Assembly (NCBI GenBank): GCA_012295275.1
Contig: CM022676.1
Coordinates: 13,950,001 to 14,014,000 of the forward strand
DNA from: Chrysomallon squamiferum
Lineage: Eukaryota > Animalia > Mollusca
Reading direction: 5' to 3'
DNA: 64,000 nt
The notes beneath the pieces are model-generated. The model did not search any database, was not told the DNA's origin, and saw nothing but the letters and a program-made list of their open reading frames with translations. Numbering within the stretch: the first letter of the stretch is position 1; the number at the start of each line of letters is the position of its first letter. Of the stretch, positions 1 to 14,389 are shown in pieces. The position numbers were made by a program, and so were the translations under genes.

Positions 1-169
1 GGAATAGGTACTTTTTTTTTTTTTTTTTTTTTTTTGTCTTTCTCTTAATAAAAATCTGCATTTTTTTTTTTATTTTATATTAATTATTTGAAGCGATTCA
101 TTTTTTTTTTTTTTTTTTTTTTAATCCATAATTAATTATACACTGCATTAAATCGAAAACAAGTAAAAT

Positions 170-305
170 TATGGTGTAAGGGAAACAACTCTAAAATGAT
201 GTTTCAACTTACCTATTTCCGTTATCTACGTTTGTTATTCTTTTTTATATATATATATAATAAATAAAAAAAAATAAATAAATAAATAAATAATAAATAA
301 TAATA

Positions 306-350
<45 letters not shown>

Positions 351-536
351 AAAAAACGACAACAACTATTTACATTTATTTAGTATTAGAGAATAAATAC
401 AAATCAAATCTTATTTACATTTACTATAACATCAGTAAATTCTTCTTGCAAAACTTTATATTAGAGTTATTCCCTTTAGACCTTAAATTTACTTATTTAA
501 TTTAATTTTTCATTTTTTTTTTTATTTATTTATTAT

Positions 537-614
<78 letters not shown>

Positions 615-1006
615 CATCATCATCATTTTATTTTCACCTATTATGATCACAGACATATCACTTAAAATTTTTATTTCATTTATTTATTTTATAACTCTTT
701 CGTCGTTTTTATTTCTTATTTCTTTATTCAAATTATAAACTGATATATTAAAAGTTAATCAACACACTGACCAGATGGAATAAATTATGTAAATTCCAAA
801 TTGGAGTTATTCCCCTTAGACCGTAAATTCACTTTTCTTGATAATATTTTCTAAGATATAGATAAAAATAAGTTTTAATTTTAGATTTAATTTAGGGAGA
901 TAATTCAGCTATAAATTTCCCCTTAGACCGTAAATGTGCCATTTTTGATCAATCAATGCAGATAATTTAATTCTTCTTTCTTTTTTGTTTTCAGAAACTG
1001 AAACGT

Positions 1007-1067
<61 letters not shown>

Positions 1068-1431
1068 TGATGATGATGATGATGATAAATAAAGAAATTA
1101 ATTAAGTATTTTTCAGTTATTAAAACCAAATATGATTAAGCTTTTGCAATTTTCCGTTATTATGATAAGAGAAATATTACTTATACATTTTGTCTTATTT
1201 TGTTTATTTTATAACTCTTATTCCATGCTTATTTATTATTTCTTTATTTGAATTTTAAATTGATATACTAAAATTCAATCAAAGGACTAACCAGATGGAA
1301 TAATTATTAAGCAGATTTCTTGTTTACTTTTCCTTCCTGTTTTTTTTTTTTTTTTTTTTTTTAATTTTATTATTACAATTTAAATTTAATAAACATTTTA
1401 AGGTTATTCCAAAAAATGGCATTTTAGTTTC

Positions 1432-1492
<61 letters not shown>

Positions 1493-2134
1493 TAATTAAT
1501 TTTAAGTTGCAGGTTGAGAATCCTCAATTTCAGATTTTAAAGAGTTTAGGATATAAAGAGGTAGCCTGAGTGTAGGATCTAAGTCTAAATACAAACTCTG
1601 TTTATATTTTATACACAGTTTATGCAAACAGTTTTCAGCTCATATGATAACAGAAGTATAACTTAGACTCGTTGTTTTCCTTTATTTATTTTTATTTTAT
1701 TTTATTGGAATAAATAAAAAATAAAATTAGTTTTTTTTTTTACATTTTTTTTTTTTATTTTATTTCATTAGCTATCACCATCTTTTTCACATTTTTTAGC
1801 TTCTGTGATACATTTATCATGTCTTATTATTACATAAGAAAGATTTCCATCTTGGTTAATTAATTAACATATTAATATGCACTTCATATACTTCTTTATA
1901 TGTAGATGATTATAATTTCCTACTTGATCTCTAGGAATCCCTTTAGGCTGTATCCACTAAAGGCCATGAATGGATTGCAGCAAATTCATTGTAGTGTCAA
2001 ACCTAGTTTTACATCCATTGTGTGTTTAGTAAGTGTTTTTATAACCTTTATTAATTTATTAAATTTACCTTTATTATTTTTGGTTTTGTTTCTGTAGAAT
2101 TATTCTGTTTGTGCCATTTTTTTTTTTAATGACA

Positions 2135-2176
<42 letters not shown>

Positions 2177-2426
2177 AGTAAATAAAATAAATAAATAAAT
2201 ATTAAAATAAATATTAAAATAAATAAACAAACAAAATTAACGGGAAAAATAAAAAAAAAAAAAAAAAAAAACACAGACAGACCCCACATCCAAAACCATC
2301 CAAAAACAATAAACCAATAAATAATAATAGAATTATAAAATTTGTCTAATAAAATAAGGAATATAAATATAATTAAAGTTGTTGCTTTATTATTCATAGT
2401 AGTAGTTGTAATAGAATTATCATTAC

Positions 2427-2479
<53 letters not shown>

Positions 2480-3660
2480 GAAGATAAAAGCCAACAAGCC
2501 AATAATGAAATGTCTGTCATTTTACTTAGCTATATTAGCCTTTCAAAACATTATGTCCAAAACATTTCCTCTTAATTTTATTAAAACAAATATAAATGGC
2601 ATGAAATTAACTTAAAGTGAAACTAATTTGCCTGTTCATTTACTTTTAAAAGTGGCTGATGGCCTAAAACCAAGCATTTCCAAAAGCAGTTTCTGATACT
2701 AACAGCACTTACTCTGTATTTCTTTTTTATAATGATGATGATGATGATGACGATGATGGTGATAATGATGATGATAGTAGTATTGACTACAAAGTCATAT
2801 ATGCTAGTAAAATTTAAATTTCTACAAAGTTAGCATAAGAAAACCTATTTAACAGAAATGAATAAACAAAATAAAAGCAAAGATTTGTAAATTCTCTGTC
2901 CTAAATATTTTATTTTTGGTTTGGAGAATTTTTTTTTTTTTTTGATAACCTTTCAAATGATATTGTTAGAACTATTGTTCTAATTAATTTTAATTTACAT
3001 TTATGGTAAACTGTTAGAAGAATTATGTACATTTAATTTGTTTACATTTTACTCTCTGTGTAATAAGATTTTGAAATACTAGATACTAACACGGTCAGAT
3101 ACAGCAGTACTGGTTTTAGTTATTTCATAAAGGATTAAACTGAAAAATGTAGATAAGATTTTATATTCTAATATAAATAAAGGGAAAGAAAACTAATTTC
3201 AAACATAGGTTTTACTCCCATCGAATATCAGTTTTATTATTTTAAATATGTTTCTTATTTTCAAACATTAAACATTTAAAAATACATGTTCCTTGGAAGT
3301 AAGTTTCCATACACCTAAGTAAAAGAGTGTTGTAATAAGAAATATATTTAATATGTTTGCCACTATACAAATATTAGAAAGCTAGTTTTAGCAAATGTAT
3401 ACAAATCTAGTAGAAATATTAGTGGGTGTGAAACTGCACTGTTGTTTCACAAGTACTAACTAGAAAAGTATTGAACAAGAACATGGGCCATTTAATCATT
3501 ATAAACAGAAAACAAATTTTTTTACATATGCCTCCATTACAATTAAATAATCCAAAAGAATAATGATTAAAATATAGTAAATTAATATTAAAAAGTGTTT
3601 AATTATTTTGTGATAAATTATTAAAAGAATAATAATAATTAATGAAATTCTACTACTGTA

Positions 3661-3712
<52 letters not shown>

Positions 3713-4080
3713 CTCAGCATCATACAACAGTAAGAGCAATAAAAATAATAATTAAATCATCACAGAAAAACGAGAAATAAGGATATACAATCAAACATTG
3801 TGAAGATTAGTGTTTAGCATAAAAACAACGGTCTAAGGGGAATAACTCTATTTTAGTATAGCCGGGCTAGTCGAAACGGAAATATCCAAAAGTCAGTATA
3901 TTAGGTTTCCAAAAACACACTATTTTTAACTTAAATTAAAAGTAAATAAATAGATAATAAATATAACACTTATTCGAAAAGGAAATAGAGGCAAATTTAA
4001 AGGAATTTAAATTAACGATATCATTAGTAGATGGCAATTCCAAAACTTTAATTTAGAGTTATACCCCTTAGACCGTAAAT
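170..4080. repeat. Dispersed ~25-bp motif GAGTTATTCCCCTTAGACCGTAAAT in both orientations
   Basis: Copies near 463, 803, 917 and 4055 (+) and near 173 and 3828 (-), plus a duplicated ~100-bp block at ~690-790 / ~1200-1305. Confidence 0.65.
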
Positions 4081-4125
4081 TTAAGTTCTTGATAAACGAC
4101 ATTATACTTTGCGTTTTATTTTCCA

Positions 4126-4180
<55 letters not shown>

Positions 4181-4248
4181 CTGCACATATTTCACAACTA
4201 GTTATTTTTCGTCTTCAGAAATACAGAGATATTTTTATTTCCCATAAA

Positions 4249-4309
<61 letters not shown>

Positions 4310-5072
4310 CAACAACAACAACAACAACAACAACAATTACAACTGCTATTCTTAAACTTTTATTTTAGACCGTACATTTGCTATTCTTGATGAGGACGAT
4401 ATATTTTGTCTTTCATGTTTTTATTATTTTTTATTATTATTATAATTAAAAATATAGATTTCATTTTATTTCCGATATAACAATAATAAAAGAACTAATA
4501 TTAATCTGAAGTTATTTTAAAACGACAATCTCCTAACATTTCTCGCTTATTTGGTAAAATGTTGACAATGGGCAAATTCAGTCTTATTAATTATGATAAA
4601 ATGCATAGTATAATATAAAAATATTTCTTTATCGAAATCACAAAACTATACATGTATTATCAAGTAATAATAGCAAAAATGTGCAACATTTGATGAAATA
4701 CTTGTTCGACCTATGATGTGATTCGATTGTCAGTACGGAGCAGGAGTAATAACTTTTTTTATATATATATATTTTACAGATTTAGCCAGGCAGAAACTTT
4801 CCTAGTTTACAGTTTGATCCACAGGTGAATCAAATCACATCAGACCAGCTAAAATCTTAATTTTTTCAGTCAAAGCAAATGTTTTTCTGATTGTAATAGT
4901 ATAGTGTAAATATATGTGCAGTGAAAATGTTATTACATTTATTAACATGACCAAGAACAGACCCAACAAACAGAAATAAAGCAGAAATGTAGTTTTATAA
5001 ATCACAAGTTTTACCCTGACCTTGATAACACCCAATTAAGTAAAACGTATTAAAGCTTCTCCATAACACATA

Positions 5073-5184
<112 letters not shown>

Positions 5185-6123
5185 GGTATTTTATAAATAA
5201 AAATTTTGGTGACTTTTTTCAAAAGAATACGCCATATTAACATTGTAACACATTCAAACAGGGAAACCATTTAATTACAGTAATAGAACTAGAAATCTCA
5301 GACTGTTTAAATATAGTTTAAAGTGAATGTGCACTGAAATACTTCAATGTAAAACTGAATTTCAGTAATCTTATGAATTTTTTAATTCAGTGGGGCAAAA
5401 ATATATATATATAGAAGAAAATAGTTAATAATTAACAAAATGCCCTGCAACTTATATAATTTTAACTGTTTTCATAGAAGACAAACTATCGTAACTTCCA
5501 AATCTGAAAGATTTTCATTAATATATTTTTTTTTATATAAAGTGGTTTTTATTGAAAACGTTCCAGATTTCTAAATAAACAAATATTTTTGATTATCATA
5601 ATGTTAAAGTTACTGATTTGAACTTGTCCTTTTCGTCTCCAGTATTTTAGAGACACAAATTAATTCACCGTTTATTTATAAAGAAACGATAAAGAGAATA
5701 ATAATAATGAACTGTCTAATCTACATAACTGTCGAAACAATAAATTCATTGTCAGAAGACATAATGGGAGTGGTCTAGTCCAATATCAAAACGTAATCCA
5801 CTATATTTTGATATTCTATATAATTAATGTTAATATAGTTGCCAGACTATTGTTAAATCAGCATCTCATATTTATTTTTAAAATATATTTTACTAGGAAA
5901 TTAGAGTCTAAATACTTACACGTTTTACATTAATATATAATATAATTAGTCTAATAAGAGCAAAACATTGAAGGTATTTACTATTAAATAATAGTATTTA
6001 GAGGAAGGGTGGTAGTTATAGTAACAATGATAGTGGTCGTAGTAGTTATAATTTAGTCTGTTGTAAGAATCTGATAGATCTGTCATATCTCAAGGTTTAT
6101 CTGTCTGTGAGGTGTGTGTAGAT

Positions 6124-6174
6124 CTACAGCAAACCAGTGATCACTAAAGTGTTGAAAAATCTAAAAAAAAAAAA

Positions 6175-6238
<64 letters not shown>

Positions 6239-7451
6239 GAAAGAAAAAAGTAATAGATCATGAACTGAACCACTCAAGTACAGTTAAACACAGAAAACAG
6301 TGAAAACTAGATATACAAAGATAAACTGACGGAGAAATAGACCAAGCAGTCAGACAATGAACTAAATAAAAGAAACGTTACAAACAAAGATTACTTACAC
6401 GGTTATTAGACAACACGTAGCTGAAGATAGAGACTCGATTCCACTCTTCGCCATAGCTAAACAATATAAAATTTAGAAAACTGTGAAAATCTTTTAAACA
6501 TCAGTGTTAAATCCACGATATCAAAACTCAATTCAAGTTTATCTATTAATGACCAATTTTTCAGTGGCTTTTTTGCTAATTACAGGAATATGATCAATGG
6601 TTATTCCTTACAGTTAGCTGTTTCATAATTGATAAACATATTTTTACGTATTTGTGTTTTGTGTGCTGACGTAACGAGACCCTTTAACATTGGAACGTAT
6701 CGTTTGGCAGTCGAAACTTGGGATTCTGTTCGAAAGTCGAGACAAAACTAAAGTATTATGGGATATGTATAAAAAAAAAAAAAAAAAAGATAAAAAAATT
6801 GTCGATTGGGAATCTAAAGAAGCCAAGTCTAGTTACAGCTCTGTTACACTGGGAGTTTCTCAATGGGATTGTCATAAAAATAACTACAACAACAATAAAA
6901 GGAAAGAAAACAAATTAGTTAACTATTCTGTAAAAATTAGTCACACTTTACACACGTTAGAAACTTTTAGTTATTTTTTTATGTTTTGTACGCAAGAACA
7001 TTTGTCTGAATGTGTTAAACACACCGTTACATACACACGGCTATCATTATCATTATATTTATAGTTTACGAGCAAAACCTACAAGCGCCCATGACATGTA
7101 CAACTATGACATTGCTTTTGTGTTTTCCATGTAGATCTGAACAGAACCATTTCACTTCATCTTCGCTGAAAAAGACTTTGGGTATTGTTAGTGTGAATAC
7201 AGTTCCCTCGTTACATTTGAACTTGTATTTTCTTGGCAGATATCCACTGCAGTTTGACCCGTGACCTTGGTGAACATTCATGGTCAAGGTCCCGCGCGTC
7301 CAGCCTATCCCTGCCACTCTGCGACGTGTGTAACACGTGAGTGTGAAAGATAATCCAACCTCAACTGCGTTTCCCGACTTTTTGAGGAAATGCGCGTCTG
7401 AAAAGTATGTGATAATTACATTTACTTAAAATTCTCATCTTACAATAATAA

Positions 7452-7486
<35 letters not shown>

Positions 7487-7898
7487 ATAATAATAATAAA
7501 AAAAACAAATACCGTGGTACCTTGACTTATGAGTTTAATTCGTTCCGTGACCAAGCTCGTATCTCAGTTTGCTCGTATATCAAATCAATTTTCCCACCTG
7601 AAATTAACTGAAATACCATTTATCCGTTCCAGGTCCCCAAAACCACCCCGATTTTTTGTAACGTTTTTTTAAATAAGAAAAATGTATTTATAAATGAAAA
7701 TATTGTATAAAAACAAAATAAATACCATAACATTTTCACTGTAAAAAATGAAATAAAAATATATATATATATATATATATATTTCATTCATAAACATTAT
7801 TTGAAACTACTATTTGTTATTCGTGTTTAAATGAACTCACTTGAAGCAGCTGTAAAGAGAATAGCACACACCAAAATGTGCCTCGCTTCCAATTCCAT
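6124..7898 (-). CDS. Intact 4-exon gene for a small single-Ig (V-like) protein with signal peptide and probable GPI-anchor signal (155 aa)
   Basis: Exons 7898-7841 (MELEARHILVCAILFTAAS, donor gtgagt), 7397-7083 (NAHFLKKSGNAVEVGLSFTLTCYTRRRVAGIGWTRG...FTLTIPKVFFSEDEVKWFCSD...HVMGA, donor gtaggt), 6456-6399 (SMAKSGIESLSSATCCLIT, donor gtaagt) and 6160-6124 (VFFNTLVITGLL*). All junctions are GT-AG, phases 1/1/2 match, total 468 nt with no internal stop. Ig B-strand Cys, C-strand Trp and DxxxWxC are present. Confidence 0.82.
7510..7720 (+). mobile_element. Truncated Tigger/pogo-like DNA transposon end in intron 1 of the single-Ig gene
   Basis: TA-CCGTGGTACCTTGACTTATGAGTTTAATTCGTTCC resembles the CAGTGGTACCTCG...TTAATTCGTTCC terminus I recognise from Tigger-type elements. 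No partner TIR seen; right boundary approximate. Confidence 0.55.
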
Positions 7899-8356
7899 GA
7901 TGTAGTTATCCTCAAAAAAAAAAAAAAAAAATACCCCGTGAAACACACTTTGTATTCGAAATCTGGTAAGAATGTTCTTGTCAAGAGAGATGTTTGTGAA
8001 AAAGTTAAATTTAATGTATACCCTGCGACAGCATTTGTTAAAATGAATCGTAAACAGATGAAAACAATTACTGTAAGTATGTCTTTTATTATATTTCGAG
8101 TTATAGCTGCTGTCACATTGTTAAATATTCCACGAGAACAAATCTGCTAAGAATAAATCTGGGTTACTACTACAGTTCTATTTTTATCCGCTATCGTTAA
8201 AAGGTCTAAGCGATCTATAAATAACCGGGTCGATCACGTGCAGAGAACATTGTAAACAACAGAGAACATTTGTAGCCGATTTTACTATTTTTATTTGTTA
8301 CCGATCTGCTGAAAAACAGCAGTTCGTTTCGAACGACATCTTGCATATTTAGTGTA

Positions 8357-8405
<49 letters not shown>

Positions 8406-8704
8406 GTCGTTGTTGTTTGGACTGTTTTTTGTTGTTTCTGGACTGTTTTGAAAAAATTTAATAAACATATTTAAAATGTTAAATAACTATTTTAACTTTA
8501 TTTTGTGACCGTTTTGAAAACAGATTTTATTAAACATATTTTTAAAATGTTCTTATTATTATTATTGTTGTTGTTGTTGTTTCTGGACTGTTTTTAGAAA
8601 TAATAATTTTTATTAAATAACTTTATTTTGTTATTTATTAAACATATTTTAAAATTTTGTTAATTGATTTCCTACTTTATTTTGATTACATTTTGATTAA
8701 CTGA

Positions 8705-8767
<63 letters not shown>

Positions 8768-8829
8768 AAGGAAAGAAAGATAAACATTTTCAGTAGTTAA
8801 TTAAATATTATTTACGTAATGTACGACGA

Positions 8830-8860
<31 letters not shown>

Positions 8861-9122
8861 CGATTGCATTGCTTATAAACGTACAAGTATATTCTAACAT
8901 CAAAGGTTTATCGTTTCAAGCCGTTATTTCTGTGTTGAAATGAAACCTTTAATATTAAATAACGTCCACAGTTCAGAGGTTCTATAACCAATGAATCAAA
9001 ACGTAAGCAATTCCCGATTGTTTTCCCACATATTTCTGTCTGTATATCTGTGTGTGATACACGTACGTGTCTGTCTGTGACGGGGCAGGTGTATATATGT
9101 TTATGTTGCATGTTAGTCCCTG

Positions 9123-9500
9123 TCAGTTTGCGATGTGTGAGTATATGTGTACCTCTGAGCTATATATGCACGTGTATGCATATCTGCGTTCTCCTGACTC
9201 GTCTTTCACTGTTTTAACTTCAGTCTGCAAATTTGATTCTTCTCTCTTCACTTCGTTTCCGGAGCTGTTTCCAGATTTCTCCTCTATTTTTGTAATCAGA
9301 GTTCTCAGCCCTGAACACTTTTCTATTTCAGTTTCTTCCTTCTGCGTCATATCTTCTCCAGAATGCAGTGTGTTCAGTTTTGAGTTGTCGTCTACGCATT
9401 TTTTCTTTACTTTGATGACCTGTGTGTACGTGTTACAAACATCTTCTTCCGTGTCTGTTCGTGTTTCGTCTACGTGCTTACTTGTAGATTTGAATGTACA
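9123..9500 (-). pseudogene. Orphan cytoplasmic-tail-like coding segment with Tyr motifs, paralogous to the decayed tail of receptor A
   Basis: Hydrophilic E/K/S/T-rich ORF with NTYTQVIKVKKK, EESNLQTEVK and HIYSHI. Aligns by eye with TQTD...TYLFLSVKKNKK and ETSNLYTEVNK at 37621-37866. No TM exon or clear acceptor found. Confidence 0.5.
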
Positions 9501-9939
9501 TTTGAATGTGTATGCATATCTGTGTGTCATGTGTTTATGTGTGAATATGTCTGCGAATTATCTGTGTATTTTTCTATGTATATATGTCTGTATATGATGT
9601 GTATGCATATGTTAATATCTTTGTGTGACGTGTGTATTTTTTTCTGTTTGTATGCGATGTGTATTTGATGTTTCTCCTTGTCGTATTTTAACATAGAAAT
9701 ATTCAACAATGCAAGAAATAATAAAATAAACTCTGTCAGTTTGGTAGTCATCGTGTAGAATGATGGATTACATTTATTTCATGTAACGCTATTCATATAA
9801 ATAATGCAGATGCATGCGAGCTGTTTTTTGTTAATTATCTGATGAAGTTTGCTTTATGCATGTGAATGTAAATTTTTTAATATTAGTGTATTTTATTATA
9901 TTATTAAACAATCCATTAATCAACTTCAATGTTTATTTC

Positions 9940-9970
<31 letters not shown>

Positions 9971-11298
9971 CACTCTAACAAAACAACAACAACGCAAAAG
10001 TAGATTTTACTGAGTCATTGGTAATATCTATCTCATCGATCAACAGAAAACAACAGAATGCTCACATTTTACACACACTTTCGCAATTCATTAGTATTGA
10101 TGGTATTACATTGAAAAGGCTAAAGTTCAAGGTTATAACAGTATAATTTCAATACCTTGTGTGCCCACCATGGGAACTGCCTGACATCTTCTTCCCATGG
10201 CAGTAATGACATTACGAGTTACACCTTGTGGAATGGTGGCCCACTCTGTCTGTAGTAATAATGCCAACTGAGCACGATTATGTGGCTGTGGTTGATGCTG
10301 CCTCAGTCGTCTATCAAAATCGTCCCACAAATGTTTTAAAGGGTTCAAGTCCGGAGATTTAGAGGGCCAGGGCAGCACCTGAATGTTATTGTTGTGTAGG
10401 TACGCTGTTGTGAGTCTGGCTGTATGTGGTATCGCATTGTCGTGCTGGAATACAGCGTTGCCATTATTCATAATTGGAGCGACATGTGGCTGCAAAATTT
10501 CATCTCGTTATATCTGTGCCGTTAAGTTGCCTTGGAAGTGAACCAGGTTGGTCCTGCCAGTGTATGAGATTGCTGTTCACACCATCACACTACCACCGTC
10601 CAATCTGTCCCCTTCCTGTATGCAGTTTGCAGCAAAACGTTCACCACGACGTCTGTAAACTTGACATCTTCCATCAGCTCGACGAAGCAGAAATCGAGCA
10701 TCGTCACTATACCAGACAGTTCTCCATCGTAACTGAAGCCAGATTCTGTGCACTTGACACCATTGATGTCGTAGTCAACGATGTTGTTGAGTCAAAACGA
10801 CTTCTTACACAACGCCTGGCGCGAATACCTGCCTCACGTAAACGATTGCGCACTGTCTGAGCTGATATTCTACACAGACCTAGTATTGCTGAAGCAGTAG
10901 AGGTTGCCATGGTGGTTCTTTCCCGTAGATGAAGTACCCGTATGTAGCGGTCCTGAGCCCTGGTTGTTATACGTGGTCTACCTGACTGGGACGGTCACGT
11001 GTTTTTTGGTGTTGCTGGAACCGATACCACAATCTTAAGATAGAGTTTGGGGATACACGGAACACACGGGCTACAGCTGAGAAGGATTCGCAAGCTTGTA
11101 AACGGCCGATGCCGTTGTTTCGTTGCGGTTCACTCAGTCGTGGCATTTGTTTGATGTTGGGTCAGAACAAAAATAACGAACAGAAGTATTCGAAAACCTT
11201 GCATTTATATAATCCTCGTATTCAAGTCATATGTGTCAGTTTACAATAGTTATCTAAGAAATCAACCATTTTGCGTTTTTTTTTTGGGGGGGAGAGTA
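9971..11298 (-). mobile_element. Near full-length inactive Tc1/mariner (DD34E-type) transposon
   Basis: Transposase from ATG 11146 (MPRLSEPQRNNGIGRLQ...AVARVFRVS HTH, ISAQTVRNRLREAG, VFQHDNAIPH, WPSKSPDLNPLKHLWD) to ~10133, with several frameshifts and the catalytic E replaced by K. Degenerate TIRs (CACTCT...CGCAAAA / TTTTGCG...AGAGTA) are flanked by (TA)n. Confidence 0.92.
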
Positions 11299-11465
11299 TA
11301 TATATATTTTTTTTTTTATTTTTTTTGTTTCTAATATTCTTCTTATTATTTTTTCCTTTATTCTTTTCCATATATCTATCTTATTTTAAGTGGTTAATAT
11401 AAAACTGCATTGTTCTTCTTATTACTTAGTTTTATTATTGCTCTTGTTGTTGTTATTGTTTATTG

Positions 11466-11513
<48 letters not shown>

Positions 11514-11648
11514 GTTGTTGTTGTTGTTTTTGTTGTTATAATATCACATAAACTATTTAACCTTTAATTGTGAGTAGTCTATCTGTAATTTTTATTATTA
11601 AACTGAAAATTCAATTCACTTAGAAATTTTGTATCTCTCAAATCACAG

Positions 11649-12367
11649 GAACGTTTCACAACGGAGGTCTTCAATATACGAGAATGTTGCTTTTGAACCG
11701 GGTAAGTGCAATTTTTTTCTAAACGTTTACTCTAAGAAGGCTTACTTTACGTTCAATATCTATTAAGACTTCTGGCAAGGTAATCATGAAAGAAAGAAAT
11801 AAGGTACAAAATGAAGTAATGAAAGAACAATTAATGAAATGAGTATGAAATTGAAGGCTGGAACAATATTATTAAAAGGTAATGGCATAAAATGTTGTCA
11901 TTTATATACTGAGCTAAGAATGTCTGAAGTTATTTTGTGTTAAATGATTAGTTAATAGAATGGATTTGTATTACCTCCTCAGATAAGCAAGTATATAGTT
12001 TAACATATTTCTCTGATAAGTACAGAGTGTTTATAAATTGATATTTTGCAGTATTACAAACTATTTTATCACCACTGTGTATTAATATCTGTCTTTATAC
12101 TTGTTGTAAATTACAGCCTGGTCAAGTTAATATGTCACATTTATGTTTTTTATTTTGTATATATCTTATTATTTATTATTTAGCCATCTGGTTTTGTTAG
12201 TCTCTTTTTTCTGCATTTCTGTATGACTTATTATGTTTGAGACATAAAGAAAATGTTTATACATCTCTTATTATTTATATGTAGGTAACAGTCTACAAGA
12301 GAGTCAGTCAACTGAACAGAATCCGTATGACGTTTTGGATTTCAGTGATAAGAAACCAAAATATTAA
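11649..12367 (+). CDS. Two orphan mini-exons encoding receptor-tail Tyr motifs
   Basis: 11649-11701 (cag|...|gtaagt) NVSQRRSSIYENVAFEP; 12285-~12344/12367 (tag|) GNSLQESQSTEQNPYDVLDF(SDKKPKY*). Phases are compatible (1). No upstream TM exon identified. Confidence 0.55.
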
Positions 12368-13183
12368 GATATCTCTTTATTAATGTATTTACTTAAAACT
12401 TTGAAACAACTTATTTTGTTTTTTTTAGTATATATATATATATATATACACATACACACATACGTTTATATATACGTACATACACACTTACACAGGTTAA
12501 AACTTTGAAAAACACATAATTTTAGGAAACGAAATTACATAAAATGATTATTTACAATCATGAAATTTTATTAATAAAGAGAACTAATTAAAGATATAAA
12601 TATTCTTCTTTTCATACAAGAACGTCGTTATACACATTTGTTTTAAATGGGGTTTTATATTTATATTATGTTTTCATCAGTACAATATAATATATAGCGT
12701 ATGTTTGAATAGTATTTTATGTTCTAAAATTACAGTGTTTTCTTTGAATGTTATGAATTAACTGATACTGTACAGTATATAGTTGCGATGAGTCTTTAAA
12801 ATTCTGATTAAAGTATGCTTAGTCAAATTCTGATTAATCTATATCTACTAAAATCATGATTAAGCTGTGTCTAGTAAAATTATAATTAATCTATGTCTAG
12901 TGATATTGTAATTAGTTGTATCCCTTTAATTGTGATTAAACTATGTATAGTAATAAAAAAATAATATGGCTTTGATGTTTTGTGCGCACACATACACTAT
13001 ATACAAAGGGGACATTTCAAAAACGTTTTGACTGCGATTCCATTCTTGTTTACGTTTAATTTTTTCTTCATTTTATTTTATTTATTGACATAATTATTTA
13101 GTATTTGTGTGTAGAGAGGTTATTACCCGTACCAACAATATCAATGATAGTACTACTACTACTACTAATACTAATAATACTAC

Positions 13184-13216
<33 letters not shown>

Positions 13217-13349
13217 CATTAATAATCACAATGATCATGACAATATTAATGATGGTGTTATTGCTGCTGCTGATGATGATGATGATTATAATACCAGCAA
13301 TAATATAGTGATAAAATACTTTTTAAATTTATAAAATCATATGCACTGA

Positions 13350-13660
13350 TCATTTTCTATAACCTCCACAGATTAAACCGCCATTTAATAAAGTCATTAT
13401 TCACCAATGTGTTGATTCTCACAGTGATCGAATAGTTTAGGACCATTCCGCGTTTATCTTTTGTGCACATCGTTTAGTTATGCGAACTACGTAGCACTGT
13501 TTTGAAAGCAATAAAACAGAAGCAATCTTTACTGGTGGCGTATTATTTAGTATGATTAAAAAATCTCTGTGGTTTGTATACTGAGTCACATCGCAAGTTA
13601 ACATGAAAGACTGATTCAGTAGAGCCACAAATTGTGAGACAGACAAAAGAAGTGAAACAG
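13350..13660 (-). pseudogene. Frameshifted V-like Ig exon
   Basis: Acceptor ttcgcag| then AVSLLLSVSQFVALLNQSFMLTCDVTQY...; after a frameshift near 13460, YSITVRINTLVNNDFIKWRF (F-strand WxC decayed to WRF). A signal-like exon MLPLFVTIILLGYIIIV starts at 14239. Confidence 0.55.
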
Positions 13661-14245
13661 CTGCGAAGGAAGAAAACATTTTTAAAATGTGTTCTTACCA
13701 TCAGATGGTGAATGAATATACACAAACTGAACTGCCGTTAATGAGCCACAATGAAATCAATCAATCAATCTAGCTCTCTTTCTCTCTCTGTCTCTCTCTC
13801 TTTATATATATACACATATACATATATATTGAAGGAAATAATTTTCATGTTGCTAAACTCGAAGAACTGCTGATTTCCTGAAATTGGAGTACCAGCCTGA
13901 AAAAGGAGCGCACCTGTTTCTAATTTTCACAAATCCAATATAACTGTAAAATATATTTACTTCGACGTACCAAAACAATACATATAGATCAGAATGTAGT
14001 TAGACTAGTCGTAATGTATAAATCCATGTCCATTTAGGCAGAAATACTTGTAACAGTGAAATATTCACATATTATAAATGAGTTCAAAAGATAATGAGAG
14101 GAAGCCACGGTCACAAAATGTCAGACTACTCTTCTCTGACTGGCACCTTGCAGGTTCATGAATGTACCTAGCATGACCTTGATAAACCAACTATGATGAT
14201 ATAACCCAGTAATATGATAGTGACGAACAAAGGAAGCATATATCA

Positions 14246-14389
<144 letters not shown>

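Noticed and set aside
6644-7064. ORFs and NF-kB-like words inside intron 2 of the single-Ig gene
   Set aside because: Intronic; poly-A-driven ORFs; motif matches are imperfect and expected by chance.
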